Source of the DNA: Geosiphon pyriformis uo1
Lineage: Eukaryota; Fungi; Glomeromycota
Direction: 5' to 3'
NCBI GenBank assembly: GCA_016748015.1
Contig: JAAOMT010000134.1
Location: forward strand, 1,432,757 to 1,496,756
DNA length: 64,000 nt
The translations under genes and the position numbers were made by a program. This document shows positions 1 through 12,045 of the stretch, piece after piece. Position 1 is the stretch's first letter. The number at the start of each line of letters is the position of its first letter. Below the pieces are notes generated by a model. That model searched no databases and was not told where the DNA came from. It saw nothing but the letters and a program-made list of their open reading frames with translations.

Positions 1-605
1 TGAGATAGTCAAAAACTTTTCGGTACCAACAAACTTGACAGAACTACAGGCATTTTTGGAATTTGCTAAATACTATTGCTGCTTTATACAAAACTTCTCA
101 AAAATAGCTCAATCATTCTATCAGCTTTAAGCCAAGAATGTGAAATATAAATGGACTGAAAAGCAACAAGAAGCTTTCAACATTTTAAGAAAAAAGCTCA
201 TTTAAGCACCAGTATTGATCTATTCAGACCACAACAAACCATTCATCATTACCACCAATGTATCAGATCAAGTATTGAGAGCAGTATTATTGCAGAGAAG
301 ACCAGATAAAAGAGAATACCCAGTAGCATATGTTAGCTAAAGTTTAAGTCCAGCTAAAAAGAACTATGAAACACCAGCACTAGAACACTTAGCTATTTAT
401 TGGGATAGAAGAAATACTTAAGCCAGAAATTTGATATTTACACTAATCACAAAGGGTTGACATCAATTCAGAAGCAAGAATTTAGAGACAACTTTCATGC
501 TAAATAGAAAAAAAAAATGAAAATACTGATAGTTTGTTGCAAATAAAACAAATCTAAGAACATTTCAACCCAAAAATATAACAAAAGATAAATATACAAA
601 AATAT
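1..605 (+). pseudogene. Family-B Ty3/gypsy pol remnant (RT connection/RNase H to the start of integrase), truncated by the window edge and by element A1
   Basis: Translates with stops to NLTELQAFLE..YY..FIQNFSKIA..W..KQQEAF..PFIITT..YPVAY.S..L.PAKKNY; colinear with the reverse complement of 19960-20620. Confidence 0.85.
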
Positions 606-1353
606 TGTTACAGATTAGAGTAATAAGCTAACAGATAGCAAAAAAAAACAGAATTGTAGGATGATAAAAGAAATCAAAGAGAGTTCAACTTCAAAGAGTG
701 AATTGAATAAGTATGGATTTAATGTGCAAGATTAGTTTTATAAAATATCTCAGTTGCTGTACTTTTCAAAAGATAACCAGGAATCTGAAGGTAGAAAGAT
801 AGTCTGTACTGTCAACAAATGATCATGTCTGATATAATTCTATGCCTCACATCAGCACTCTTAGAATTCAATATCAGATATCAGATGTACTCTTCAGTTA
901 CATTTTATTCAATAATTTTCAAATACTGCAATTACACATTTCAGGAAAAGAGTAAAGAATAACTGACAAGTAATCCTTTATTCCAAGATGTTCAGATACT
1001 TGAAGGTAAGGAAAGAGAAATTAGCAATAAGAAAATGATTGAGATGAAAGTTGTTATTTTATTTATTTGATTCTTGATTTTTACATACATTTCTACAGCT
1101 AAGAAATTCATTACTTATATAGTTATCAAAAGTGGTTAATAATTAGGTTAACAACTAGGTCAATGATTAAGTTAATAATCAGGTTAACAGTCAGGTTATT
1201 GATCAGATCAATGATTAAGTCAATGATCAGGTCAATGGTTAAGTCATTGATTAGATTAATAATCACTTTCTAAAAATAGAATGGCTAATTTATATAACAT
1301 CAATGGCTAATACATGTGATAATTAATAAAAAGTATAAGTTTCAACCATAATA
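606..1353 (-). repeat. 3' LTR of A1
   Basis: TGTTACA...CCATAATA termini; adjacent purine tract GGAGAGGATAA on the minus strand at 1354-1364. Confidence 0.9.
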
Positions 1354-2050
1354 TTATCCTCTCCAAAGAGATTGAGCTCTGGCAAAATTAAGTTATTCAT
1401 GATGTAATCTATTTGAAGAGTTTTATCTAACTCAAAGCTAACTAGTTTGTTGAAGTTTTTTGTGGATAGAATATATAATACTTGAGATAAAATGAGTTTT
1501 GTATTCAAGAGACAAAATCTTTGTATTAAAGTTTTGGTTCTTCTAGCATAATTAAAACTCTTGGAACATCTAATCATATAATGCCCAAAATTTCTGCCTG
1601 TATCTCTGAAGTTGTTTTCTTTATGAGTTTCATATTTTCTATGATTTTTCTGAAACAACCATAGAGTTTTAATTGTCTTTTATATGACAAGTTTTTGTCT
1701 ATGGATAAGATTTCTTGGAGTGTTTTTTCAATTGTGCTGAAAGATGGGAGTATAGCTGCTGTTATACTTTCCAACAGATATTTATCTATTTTGCTACCAA
1801 TTTTTTCTTTTTTGGTAGTAGTTTTCTTTGGTCTGATAATGGTATGTGTTCCACTGTTATCAGTTATGGTGATTTGTTTTCCAATAATCAGAGTAGCATT
1901 TGAATAGTTTTTGATCCAATACTCATGGAGAGTATAGAAGACATTTTGAATGTTTTGATCCAGAAAATAATTGTTTATGTTAATTGAAGATATCTCTGTT
2001 TTGGGAATAGTGCATTTATTTATACTTGATTTTGCTGATCATTTAAGTTG
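1323..2050 (-). pseudogene. Family-A ORF4 (uncharacterised ~240-aa ORF between integrase and 3' LTR), frameshifted
   Basis: ORFs 1323-1658 and 1574-1774 are homologous to 16405-16926, 22627-22830 and 22834-23127. Confidence 0.75.
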
Positions 2051-3331
2051 GTATTACCACAACAGACAACCAATCAGGTCGTTTATGATATTTCTTGAGT
2101 CATGTATCATGAACAGAATGATCATTGAAGATTGTTCCAGATTGATCTTGAAGAATATAAGAACCATTGTTCAAAACTTTGTTGATTATAAAGGGTCTTT
2201 TCCACTGGCTAGAGAATTTATTACCATAAACATTGTTTCTATCTGAACAGTATTTCAATACCAAGTCACTAACACTTAAAGAAAGTGTTTTATAAGTTTT
2301 TTTTCTTTTAAGCTTTTTTGGAACTGTTTTATTTTTTTAAAAGCAATTATTTATGCTTCTACCAAGAAGTCAAGAATAGTATCAAGTCTTCTTTACAAAA
2401 TGCCTTTGTAATTTTTTATTGTGATCTTTTCAAAGGGTATTGTCTCAATATCAGTTTCTATTGATAGTGTTGCCATACATCCATAGAACAGATAAAAAAG
2501 TTCATAACTTGTTATGTTATAATTTACAGTTCTATAAGCAAACAAAGTTGAAAGCAGTACTTTGTCTCATAAGTTTGTTTTTTTACTGGTTTTGGCTAGG
2601 ATTTCACATAATATTCTATTGAAATGTTTCACTAGGCCATTTGTTTGAAGGTGATAAAGGGAGAAAAGTTTATAACATATTCCCATTTTTCTACAAAGTT
2701 CTTCAACCAGTGTACTAAGAAACATTCTTCTTCTATCAGATAAAAGTTCTTTGGGGCAGTCATAATAGCAGATAATATTTTCATAAATGAAATTGGCTAT
2801 TGAGACTGCTGTTTGATCTGGAGTGGTTTTTGCTTCTACCCACTTTGTAAGATAGTCAGTAGCTGTGATAATGTATCTGTTGTCATCAGAAGTTATTATT
2901 AAAAGTCTAACAACATCTATACCAATTCTGTCAAATGATTGACCAATAAAGATTGGATAAATATATTCTCTGTGATTGGATTTGCCTTTTTTTTGGCAAA
3001 TGTTGCAAGTTTTAATGTATTCAGCAATGTCTTTTCCCAAGGTAGACAAATAATAATGAGCTAAGATTTTCTGAATTGTTTTTGTTTTTCTAAAGTGTTC
3101 AGCTAATGGGTCAGTATGTATGTTGTATATTACAATTTTTCTTATTTCAAATTTAATGACTCTCTGAGAGCAGTCAAGATCTTTTTTATTTCTTTTATAT
3201 AGCTGGTTCTGGCGAATTAAATAGAAATTTAATTATTTGCACAAATGTTCTCTTTGCTGTCAAGTGTATTCTGGTGGGTATTGTCCTTTACCCAAAAATT
3301 TCATTAAGGCAGAGTAGTTGTCCAAGTCCAT
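2020..3331 (-). pseudogene. A1 integrase (separate ORF, ATG at 3331)
   Basis: H-x-DPLA-x-H...CNICQ zinc motif; IGIDVV, TDYLTKWVEA, LLSD, YHLQTNGLV core; GPF motif near 2195. Confidence 0.85.
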
Positions 3332-3395
3332 TATTGTGTTTGTTTATAAAAGAGTTACTAATAATTAGGTTGGTTTGGTTTGAGAGATTGTAATA

Positions 3396-6085
3396 TTACT
3401 GAATAATAAGTCTAAAAAGAGTGTCAGTATTTTGATGATTTGCTTCTTTGCAGTATTGAATATTATAATCAAATTTATTCAAGTGGAGTATCCAGCAAGT
3501 TATTTGTTTGTATTCCAGCTTCATTTTATTGTGCAGCCAAATCAAGACTTGATGATCTGTTACTACTAGGAATTTTGCACCAAGAAGATATTAATTCCAG
3601 TAACTAGTAGCTTAAACTACTACTAAACATTTTTGTTCAATAACTAAATAGTTCTTTTCTGCTGGTGTAAGGGATCTACTGGCATAAGCTATGGCATATT
3701 CTCTGCCATTTTCATCTTTCTGTGAAAGAACAACACCAAGTCTATAACCAAATGCATCAGTGTGGAAGATGAAAGATTGGTCCAAATTAGATTGCTTGAG
3801 AATTGGTTCAATAATAAGTTTTTTCTTTAGAATTTCAAAAGCTTTTTGTTGATGAGTGTCCCAGTAATAATTGACATTTTTTCTGAGTAGCTGATTGAGA
3901 AGAAAGACAATTTTGGAGAAATTCTTAATAAATTTGCAATAGTAAGAGGCCAAACCAAGAAAAAAGCATAGTTCAGGAATATTTATTGGTTGTTTGATGT
4001 TCTAAACTTTTTCAACTTTAGCTGGGTCAGAGAAGATTCCATTTTTTGTAATAAAATACCAAGGAACTAGGTGGATTGGCATTCAAAGAAAGATTTGATT
4101 GGGTTAATCTTGAGGCCAGCATTTCTGAGCAGGTCAAAAATCTTTTGCAAATGTTCAAGATGTTTATTCCAGGTTTTTGAGTAAACCATTATATCATCTA
4201 AGTAGACCAAAACAAAGTTTTTTTTTACTGATTCAAATACTTTGTCTATTAGATGTTGAAAGATGAGAGAGACATTAGTAAGACCAAAAGACATAACTGT
4301 GAATTTATAGGTGTTATACTTGATAATAAAGGCAGTTTTTTTTCTGCTTTCTGAATCTATCTCTACTTGCCAGAATTCAGCAGTTAAGTCAATAGTTGAG
4401 AAGAAAACAGCACCATTGAATTTATCTAGCATTGTATCAATTTTAGGAAGTGGGTACATGTCTCTTATAGTGATAGTATTTAGTTGTCAATAGTCAACAC
4501 AGAAGTGTAGGGTTTCACCTTTCTTGAATACCACTACAACTGGGAAAGCCCATTTACTCTTGGTTTTTTGTATGAATCCAAGATTTTTTATCTGGTTTAT
4601 TTTTTTCTTAAAAAACTTATTATTGTGTCAATTAGATTGATAAGGCTTTAAATAGATGGGACAAGTTTCTTTTGTGATGATGGTGTGTTGTATCACATGG
4701 ATTTGTCTAGAAGTATTATCTTCTTTTGAGATAACTGGACTATTCTAGCCAACAGATTTTCAATGTTCACTTTTTTTTTTCAGGGGAAGGTTCTCTTTGT
4801 TCTACAACTAGTGATTAGATTTCAGGTGATTCACTTTCAAAAAACTTCTGTACTTCTTTTAGTTCTTCTCTGGGTATCAAATTAATTGGCTTCCAATCCT
4901 TGTAATAGATTAGACAAAACTTGCATTTGTTATTAGGGAAATACAAAGGTTTATCACACTAGCACCTGGCACAAGGACCATGTTACCAATAACTGTATTT
5001 TGCTTTCTTGCCAGGTTTTTTATTAAAGGTTCTTCTAAGAATATTATAGTAGGGCCAGCAGATCAGCTTGTCATTTATTATAATTCTTTTTTTGTCAGCT
5101 TTAACATTGTCCAATGGCTTGCCGTTGCTGGTGAAGATAATATAGGCAAGTTCAGCAGTTTTTTTTTGTTTTTTTTGATCTTCTTTTTCATTACTCTTAT
5201 CATTATCTGATTCATCTGATTGTTCTTTTTTTTGGTTCTGTTTGGCTACTAGAGGGGTTGTCCAATGATAACACTTAATCACAATGGATTTTTCACTACA
5301 TCTAATGGTCAGTTTACAAAGTTTATAATCAAGCAAGGCTTTTGTCTTCTTAAACCATTCATTGCTAACTATTATGATGTATTCTTTTGCTTCAGATACT
5401 TCCATGTTAGTTTTAATGCTGATGCCATTAATTCGAACAGGAACAGTTTTGACTATGCCCAGACCTTTTTTCTTGTCACTATGTATGTTAGTCATTGGTC
5501 TGTAGATAGTTCATCAATTTTTCTGTCAATTGCTTCTAAAAAATGTTTGGCAATAACGCTAACAGATAATCTACTGTTCAGGATTAGATCAATGAAGTAA
5601 CCAGCCACTTGGGCTTTACAAATGAAAGGAGTAACATTGCTGTTGTTAGCAAGTCCAGCTTGGTGTGGGCACTTGTTGGTTTTTAGTGTCTTTTTCTTAG
5701 GAATCAAAGATTTGTAAAGATCTTTTCTGAATTGGAGATGAGTTATTAACTGGCCAAAGGTAATATGTACAGGAGTTTCCATGAGATCTTTGACAATGGA
5801 ATAAAGACCAGATTTTTGCACTATTTCTGGGGGTTTCAACTTTGAAGGATTCTTGAAAACTTTGGCTTTTGGTGGTTCATTGTTATTAGCTGTTAATATG
5901 GAAGCTTTATTGGGATCCAGTATGAAATTAACCTTGGCTTTCTTCTTCTTTTTGGTTGATTCTGAGGTGTTGATTGCCAGTTTGTCCATGTTATGATCAT
6001 TATTAGTTAAGTTAAAAGCAAAAAAAGGGTTTTCTTCTGGTTGGCTTGTACTCTCACCCTTTGGAGGTGCACCTACCAGTTTAAA
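3396..6085 (-). pseudogene. A1 protease-RT-RNase H
   Basis: DLIL(D/N)S protease, YPLPKID, FWQV, YLDD, FHTDA..GLGVVL, IAYASRSL; TAA at 3396-3398. Confidence 0.9.
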
Positions 6086-7624
6086 GGCTGATAAACTGTG
6101 GCTTCCACTAGGGGATTCTCTCCAAAAAAATTGATGTTGGCATGATTAGGTCTTTGATTAGGAGCATTATTGTTGATAGATCTGTTGTTTTAATTGTCAT
6201 TATTTCTGAAAACTGGAGGGGACAATAAAAGATTGTTGCAATCTCTTGAGAAGTGTCCAGTTAATCCACAATGATAGCACACAGATGGGCTACAATTTTG
6301 CTGTCTTTGATATGGTGGTTGTTGAGACTAATTGAAACAGGTTTCAAATCTGGGTCTTTGGGGTTGTTAATTCTCTCTAACTGCTTGGGCCAATGGTTCT
6401 AATAGCCAGGCAAGATTAGCTGTAAGTCTATCTATTAACTGTTTATTTGGGTCTTGAGTTTGGGCAGTAAAAGAGATAGCAGTTATTTGGGGAGCAGAAG
6501 CCAAAATAAGAGCAGAAGCGAAGACTGAAAGTGTGGATCCCAAATGCATTCTTTGGTTATCTTCAATCCTTTGAGCTAATTCAATGGCCATATCTATTGT
6601 GAGATTGTCTTTGAAGGCCAAAAGAGACCAGAGAGCATATGATAGATCAGTTCTCAATTCTTTTGTGAAGGAGTGAATCTTTTGCTCTTCTGTCTAGTTT
6701 CTCCCAAAATCTACACATTTGATTAGCTTTCTGATAGCTTTGGCATATTCAGTCACTACTTCTCCAGAGTCTTGGGTTCTTTTTTCCAGTTCCATGTGCC
6801 ATTTGGATATTAATATTGGGGTTCTGAATTTTGTTTCAAACCAGATAGTGAAAAAGATGTTGTCTTCTCCAGCATTTGCTGGTGCCCATCTAATAATTTT
6901 TTGTTGAGCATTGGCATTGGTTTTTTGTAAGAACCAAGTAGCAGAAGAGCCTTGGAGGTAGCCACCAACAATTTAAAACTTGTATTTGTTATCATATTGG
7001 TTTGCTGTGACAGCTCTTTCAAAATCATCCAGCCATTCAATTGGATCTTAGACATCACCTCTGAATAATGGTAATAGAGTGTTGTTTCTTCACCCTAAAG
7101 CAGTCTGTATACCTTGGAGAGCGATCAAAATGTTTTGTTGCAGAGGGTTTTGAGCCATTGGTTCAGGTGTAACTGTTTGTGTAGTGTTCTGATTTATTTG
7201 AAAAGAGATCAAAAACAGGAGCAGTTTGATAGCTTTCTTTTTCTGTTTTAAGAGGAGTTTCAGTTGATTAATAAGCAGCAATCCAGATATAGATTTGATG
7301 ATTCAGATATTCAAAATCAGGGGGCTGTTGTTCAAAGATTGTGGAGTATAAAAGTTGATTGATGCTGTTATTTCTTTCTTCAAAGTTGTCTTCAAAATAA
7401 GCTTGATCAAAGTAATAAGTTGTATAGGCTGTGTAGGTTTCAGCTGAATGCTTATTCAGGAACCAGTTCCAAAAATCTTGGAATTGTCTATTGTATTGAT
7501 CTTCAATGAGAAAGCAAATCAAACAGGAAGGCAAAGGATTGAGTTCAATAAAGTCTAGATTGTTTTTGTTGTGTGCTTCAAAGTGTTCTTCTAATTGTTG
7601 TGACAGGTATGAATAATCACTCAT
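6073..7624 (-). pseudogene. A1 gag
   Basis: Starts just after the PBS; retrotransposon gag-like QDSGEVVTEY motif and a CCHC knuckle (CYHCGLTGHFSRDC) near 6235-6280. Confidence 0.85.
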
Positions 7625-7652
7625 ACAATAGGAAACAGAGTGAATTTTGACA

Positions 7653-7670
7653 ACCTCACAGAGAGCACCA
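7653..7670 (-). promoter_or_regulatory. Primer-binding site TGGTGCTCTCTGTGAGGT (probably elongator tRNA-Met)
   Basis: Begins TGG 6 nt inside the 5' LTR; the same site occurs at 28702-28719, 50647-50664 and, degenerate, 60171-60188. Confidence 0.8.
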
Positions 7671-7676
7671 CTTTTA

Positions 7677-8390
7677 TGTTATGGGTTGGAATAACAAGCT
7701 AATGGATAGCAAGAGAGAACAGAATTGTAGAGTGATGAAAGAAATCAAAAAGAATTCAACTTCAAAGAGCAAATTAAATAAGTATGGATTCAATGTGCGA
7801 GATTAGTCTCATAAAATATCTCAGTTGTTATACTTTTCAAAAATAACTGGAGAATCTGAAGGTAGAGGAATAGTCCGTACTGTCAACAAATGATCACACT
7901 TGGTATAATTCTATGTCTTACATCAGTACTCTTAAAATTTAATATCAAGTATTAGATGTGCTCTTTAATTATATTTTATTCAATAATCTCCAAATGTTGC
8001 AATTACACGTTTTAAGAAAAGGCAGGTAAACACCAACAAGTAATTTTTTATCCAAAAAATGTTCAAATACTTGAAAATAAGGAAAGGAAATTTAGCAATA
8101 AGAGAATGATTGAGATGAAAGTTGTTATTTTATTTATTTAATTTCTTGATTTTTGATATGCTTTTTTACATGTCAATGATCAGGTCAATGGTCAAGTCAA
8201 TAATCAGGTCAATAATCAGGTCAATGATCAGGTCATTGATCAGGTCAATGATCAAGTTAATAATCAGGTGAATGGTCAGGTCATTAATTAGGTCAATGAT
8301 CACTTTCTAAAAATAGAGTGGCTAATTTATATGACATTAGTAGCTAATACATATGATAATTAATAAGAAGTATAAGTTTCAACTGTAACA
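7677..8390 (-). repeat. 5' LTR of A1 (TATA segment deleted)
   Basis: TGTTATGG...CTGTAACA; 12-bp array at 8172-8300. Confidence 0.9.
8172..8300. repeat. 12-bp tandem array (CAGGTCAATGAT)n in family-A U3
   Basis: Also at ~1133-1265, 15348-15420, 22282-22317, 29253-29325 and 50020-50100, with variable copy number. Confidence 0.9.
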
Positions 8391-10501
8391 GTATTATCAT
8401 AAACTGAAAAGTTTTTATTGTTATCATCATTATTATCAACATCATCAACCATGTAATTAACATCTGATCCATTTTTCAAGCAGACCCATTCACATATTTT
8501 CTCAAAGTGTATCATTCTTTTTTGCATCATGGTAGCAACAGCAGCCAAGCCTTTGTTTTGCTTAGTCAACTCATCCACACATTCCTTAATTAACACATCT
8601 ATGGCAGATAGAATAGACAGCAATTTGGTAACCAATACAACTAGAGCACCAACAGGTTCAACTAAGGATTTTATCAACACAGATAGTTCACTAAAGTGGG
8701 ATTCTAAAGAAGCCAACCTAGATTCAACAGCAGAATTAGAAGCAGAAAAGACAGTAAACAACATGAGTATTACAGTTTTGGGAGAACCACCAAGATCCAA
8801 GTCCATATCAGCAGCAGCAGCACCAAGAGAAACCACAAAAGCAGCAGCCTTGGCATAAAATTTAGATCCAACAAATAAAGATTTGAAATTATTGGGGCCA
8901 CCAAAGATGTTGAAAGAGAGTTTGGGTGAAAGAAAAGGTAACTTCTTGCAGTTCACAGCCAAATGATTCAAGTCTTAACACCTATAACAGCAGCAATATC
9001 CAGAAGTTTCCCACCAGATATGACAACCATACAAGATACTAGTTTTGACACAACAATATTCAGAGATTCTAAAGAATCAAAGGTAACCACAGCAAAGTAT
9101 TGATATTGATAAGATTCAGGGGAGCAAGGAATGAAACATGTATAGCCACCAACTTGAGAAACCAAATCATTTATCTCAAAAGCAATACAGCCAAATAAAA
9201 GATTGACCAACTTAGCTTTAAATTCATCTTTTGAAGAAATAATCTTCTTTTGGTTAACAATGGGAAGAATCCTAACACTATCTTTTCTGACCAATACAAA
9301 CCAGTTAGAGAGACCAGCAACAGCAGAAAGAATGTCTTCAAAATTAACCACAGCATATTGCTATAAGCCAGCAGGCTTTAACTTAACAGAAGTGACAACA
9401 CTAAAAATCTCAAAAGCAGTTATAATGTTATCAGAAAAGGTACTCAAAGGTACATCATGCAGTACAACTGACAAAGAAGGGGAAGAAACAGAGGTCACAC
9501 CAGAAAACTGTGCAATCTTAAGAGTAGTCAATAAAACCTTATCACTGATGGCCACTTTGGTGGCACTATTTAGACTTTTCTAAGATGCAAATTCCACACA
9601 GAACAACTTAACAGCATCTCATGAAACTGACTTAAGCCCAATACAACCAGACAGTGACTGAAACAAGAAACTAAGCAGAGCCATCTTAATCTTAAATGTA
9701 GCACCAAGTATTAGATTGGAAGCCACCCAACCAGAGAATCTCTGACAACCATTTACATTCTCTCAAGCACCACTATCAACAGCACCAGAAACTAGGGGAG
9801 AGATAGTTGATTCCATTTCTATCTGATCAGCCCAATCTTTGAGATCATCTGGATTGATGGACTGTTTTGCTACTGGGATTGGTGATGATCTGCTGGAGAG
9901 TATCACATCAGGCAACACAGCCAGTAGTTGATCTTGGCTTATCTTGGGAGATGTGCCACTGCTGTTGCCATCCTTATTAGGAAGAGAGCTGGCTGCTGCT
10001 GTGAAGATCTTATCCAAGATCTTATTTGGAACCACAAAGAAATTTGGTGTAATTATAGCAGTTGTAACTATTTATTGCTGTTTTTTGGAATTTTTTGCTT
10101 TTGCAGCCATTTGTGAAGCAGTAGTAGTAGAAATAGTAGTGGGAGTAGTGAAAGCAGAAAAGACCAACTTGTTGACTAGTCTGTTATTAAAAATTTTTGG
10201 GCTCTTAGAAACAGTAAAGACAACACTGGGGCTAATTCAAGTGTGTTTTTTGGAAAGAACTTTGATTGGAGAAGAATTACTAATCAAAGGTAAAAAAAAT
10301 AAATCAGAAGCCACTAAAAACAGCTTTTTACTACTATTTTTTAAAAGAAATGTTGCCAGAATGTTTTGTCTAGCTGCTTCAATAACAAAGAAATCCTTTT
10401 GTGTTAAAACTTTATTAGTTACTATAGAAAAAGTAATGTTTACAACTTTTTTACTCTTAACTCTATTTATGGTCATGAAAATTAGAAGAGAAAGAGTTTT
10501 T
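8391..10501 (-). mobile_element. LINE 5' part (ORF1 with two RRM-like regions and a CCHC knuckle); ORF2 missing
   Basis: SVVLHDVPL..VKLKPAGL.QYAVVNF, GGYTCFIP..FAVVTFDS and RCQDLNHLAVNC parallel ORF1 at 40369-41733; putative ATG at 10476. Confidence 0.75.
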
Positions 10502-12045
10502 AGTACAATGAATACTAGTCCAATCAGATGAGATTCCACAAGATCTAAAACTAATTATAATCATTAATTCAAACATGTCAAATTGATTGACCAAAAGAGT
10601 ATATAAAAACATAGTATACATGACAAAAGAACCAAAGAAAATGGAAATACCAGATCATATTTACACCTTAGCTCAACAATTATTTCAGGCTTTAAATCAA
10701 CAACAATTGGACATGAAAATTACCATTAACCACCAAAAAATTTGCTATTGAAATACCAAACAAAAAAAAAGTACACCATATTAGTGACTATAGAACCAAA
10801 CAAGAAACTGGTCAAATAAAATAATAGAAAAAGTGAAACCCACTTTTGGGAAAATACTCATTATAGTTCTAACAGAAAAACTTTTAAAAAAAAATTGGAA
10901 ACAGTGATTAAAACAACTTCCAATACCATATTGTTACTATCAGTTGAGACAAAAGTTGAATATTCAGAAGTTATATCTCGATAAAGCCAAAAGAATATTC
11001 AACTAAGAGATAATACAGAATATTGAAGACATTATTGGAAAGAAAACAAATTTGACATTACACATTAGAACAATCTATCAATTACACACAATATTTCAAA
11101 ACTATCTGGAAATATTGTTATATCTTAACATAGAAACAATAACCTTTAATCAATGGGAAAGAATGAACAACTTACAAATCAAAGTTATAAGAACCAGAAT
11201 TAAATAAACAGTATTAGAAAAAAAAATTATGGACCTAATTCAAAATGAAAATTTTGATGAAGCTTAATATTAAAAAAAGAAGATAATGTTACTCATAGAA
11301 AAAACATACAAAAAAAATAGTAAAAAAAACAGATAGATTAATAGAAGAATAGTAACTAACACATGAGCATATTGCTTGAGAAAGTATAATACATTGCTCA
11401 AAAATGTGAGCAATCTTATAGAACTCAAATTATATATATATAGTAAGAGCATTAAAAGCAGAAAAAACAGAATTCCTAATTAAAACCAATACTATAATCT
11501 TCTAGTTACAACCTTTTAGTTAGAATTATCAATATTAATAAATAATTATTTATCATTTAAATTATCTTCTCTACTATCAACATAAAATATTGATAGTATT
11601 TACTACTTGATCATATTAGAACAATAGTTTTTGAATATGGCTATTAATGAGATACTAACATAAATTGCCTTGGCTTAAATTTTTTTATTTTTTTTATTTT
11701 TTTTATTTTTATTTTATTGTTGTATACTAATTGATTAAGAATTAAATGTTAATTTACTGATGTCAAGAATTGCTTGGTAAAAGACCTCAAGTAAGAAGAT
11801 AAAACATTGAAAATTAAGGATTACTTACCAAAAGATTGCTGGCCACCAAGCCAAGAAAAAAATTGATGGAATTGTGATTCCAAGAGGCTACTAAAAACAA
11901 TATTTGAATCTCTATCTATTATATAAAAAACTTAACCAAAACCTTTAGATACTAAAATCTTTAGATAATACTCATCATATTAGTTATTAAATACCAAGTT
12001 ACAAGTTGTTATTTGATTTAAGACCCCAAATAATCATCTGTAACA
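10502..12045 (+). mobile_element. Family-B 3' end: integrase tail, ORF4 remnant, PPT and 3' LTR (type D, 11287-12045)
   Basis: Reverse-complement colinear with 17123-18680; LTR TGTTACTCAT...CTGTAACA. Confidence 0.85.

Larger units (their letters stand above)
606..8390 (-). mobile_element. LTR retrotransposon family A, copy A1 (full-length structure, decayed, probably recombinant)
   Basis: Two LTRs (606-1353, 7677-8390), PBS, PPT, gag, PR-RT-RH, IN and ORF4; flanks ATAT/GTAT belong to unrelated host sequences. Confidence 0.92.

Noticed and set aside
8172-8300. AGGTCA repeats as nuclear-receptor response elements
   Set aside because: Nuclear receptors are metazoan; here the motif is just part of a 12-bp LTR tandem unit
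602-8394. ATAT/GTAT as a true TSD of A1
   Set aside because: The flanking sequences are non-contiguous (B pol versus LINE ORF1); the similarity reflects the RYRY target preference
8529-10531. Plus-strand ORFs 8529-8858, 9203-9583 and 9944-10531 (and similar antisense ORFs elsewhere)
   Set aside because: Shadow frames opposite TE coding sequence, with no independent motifs
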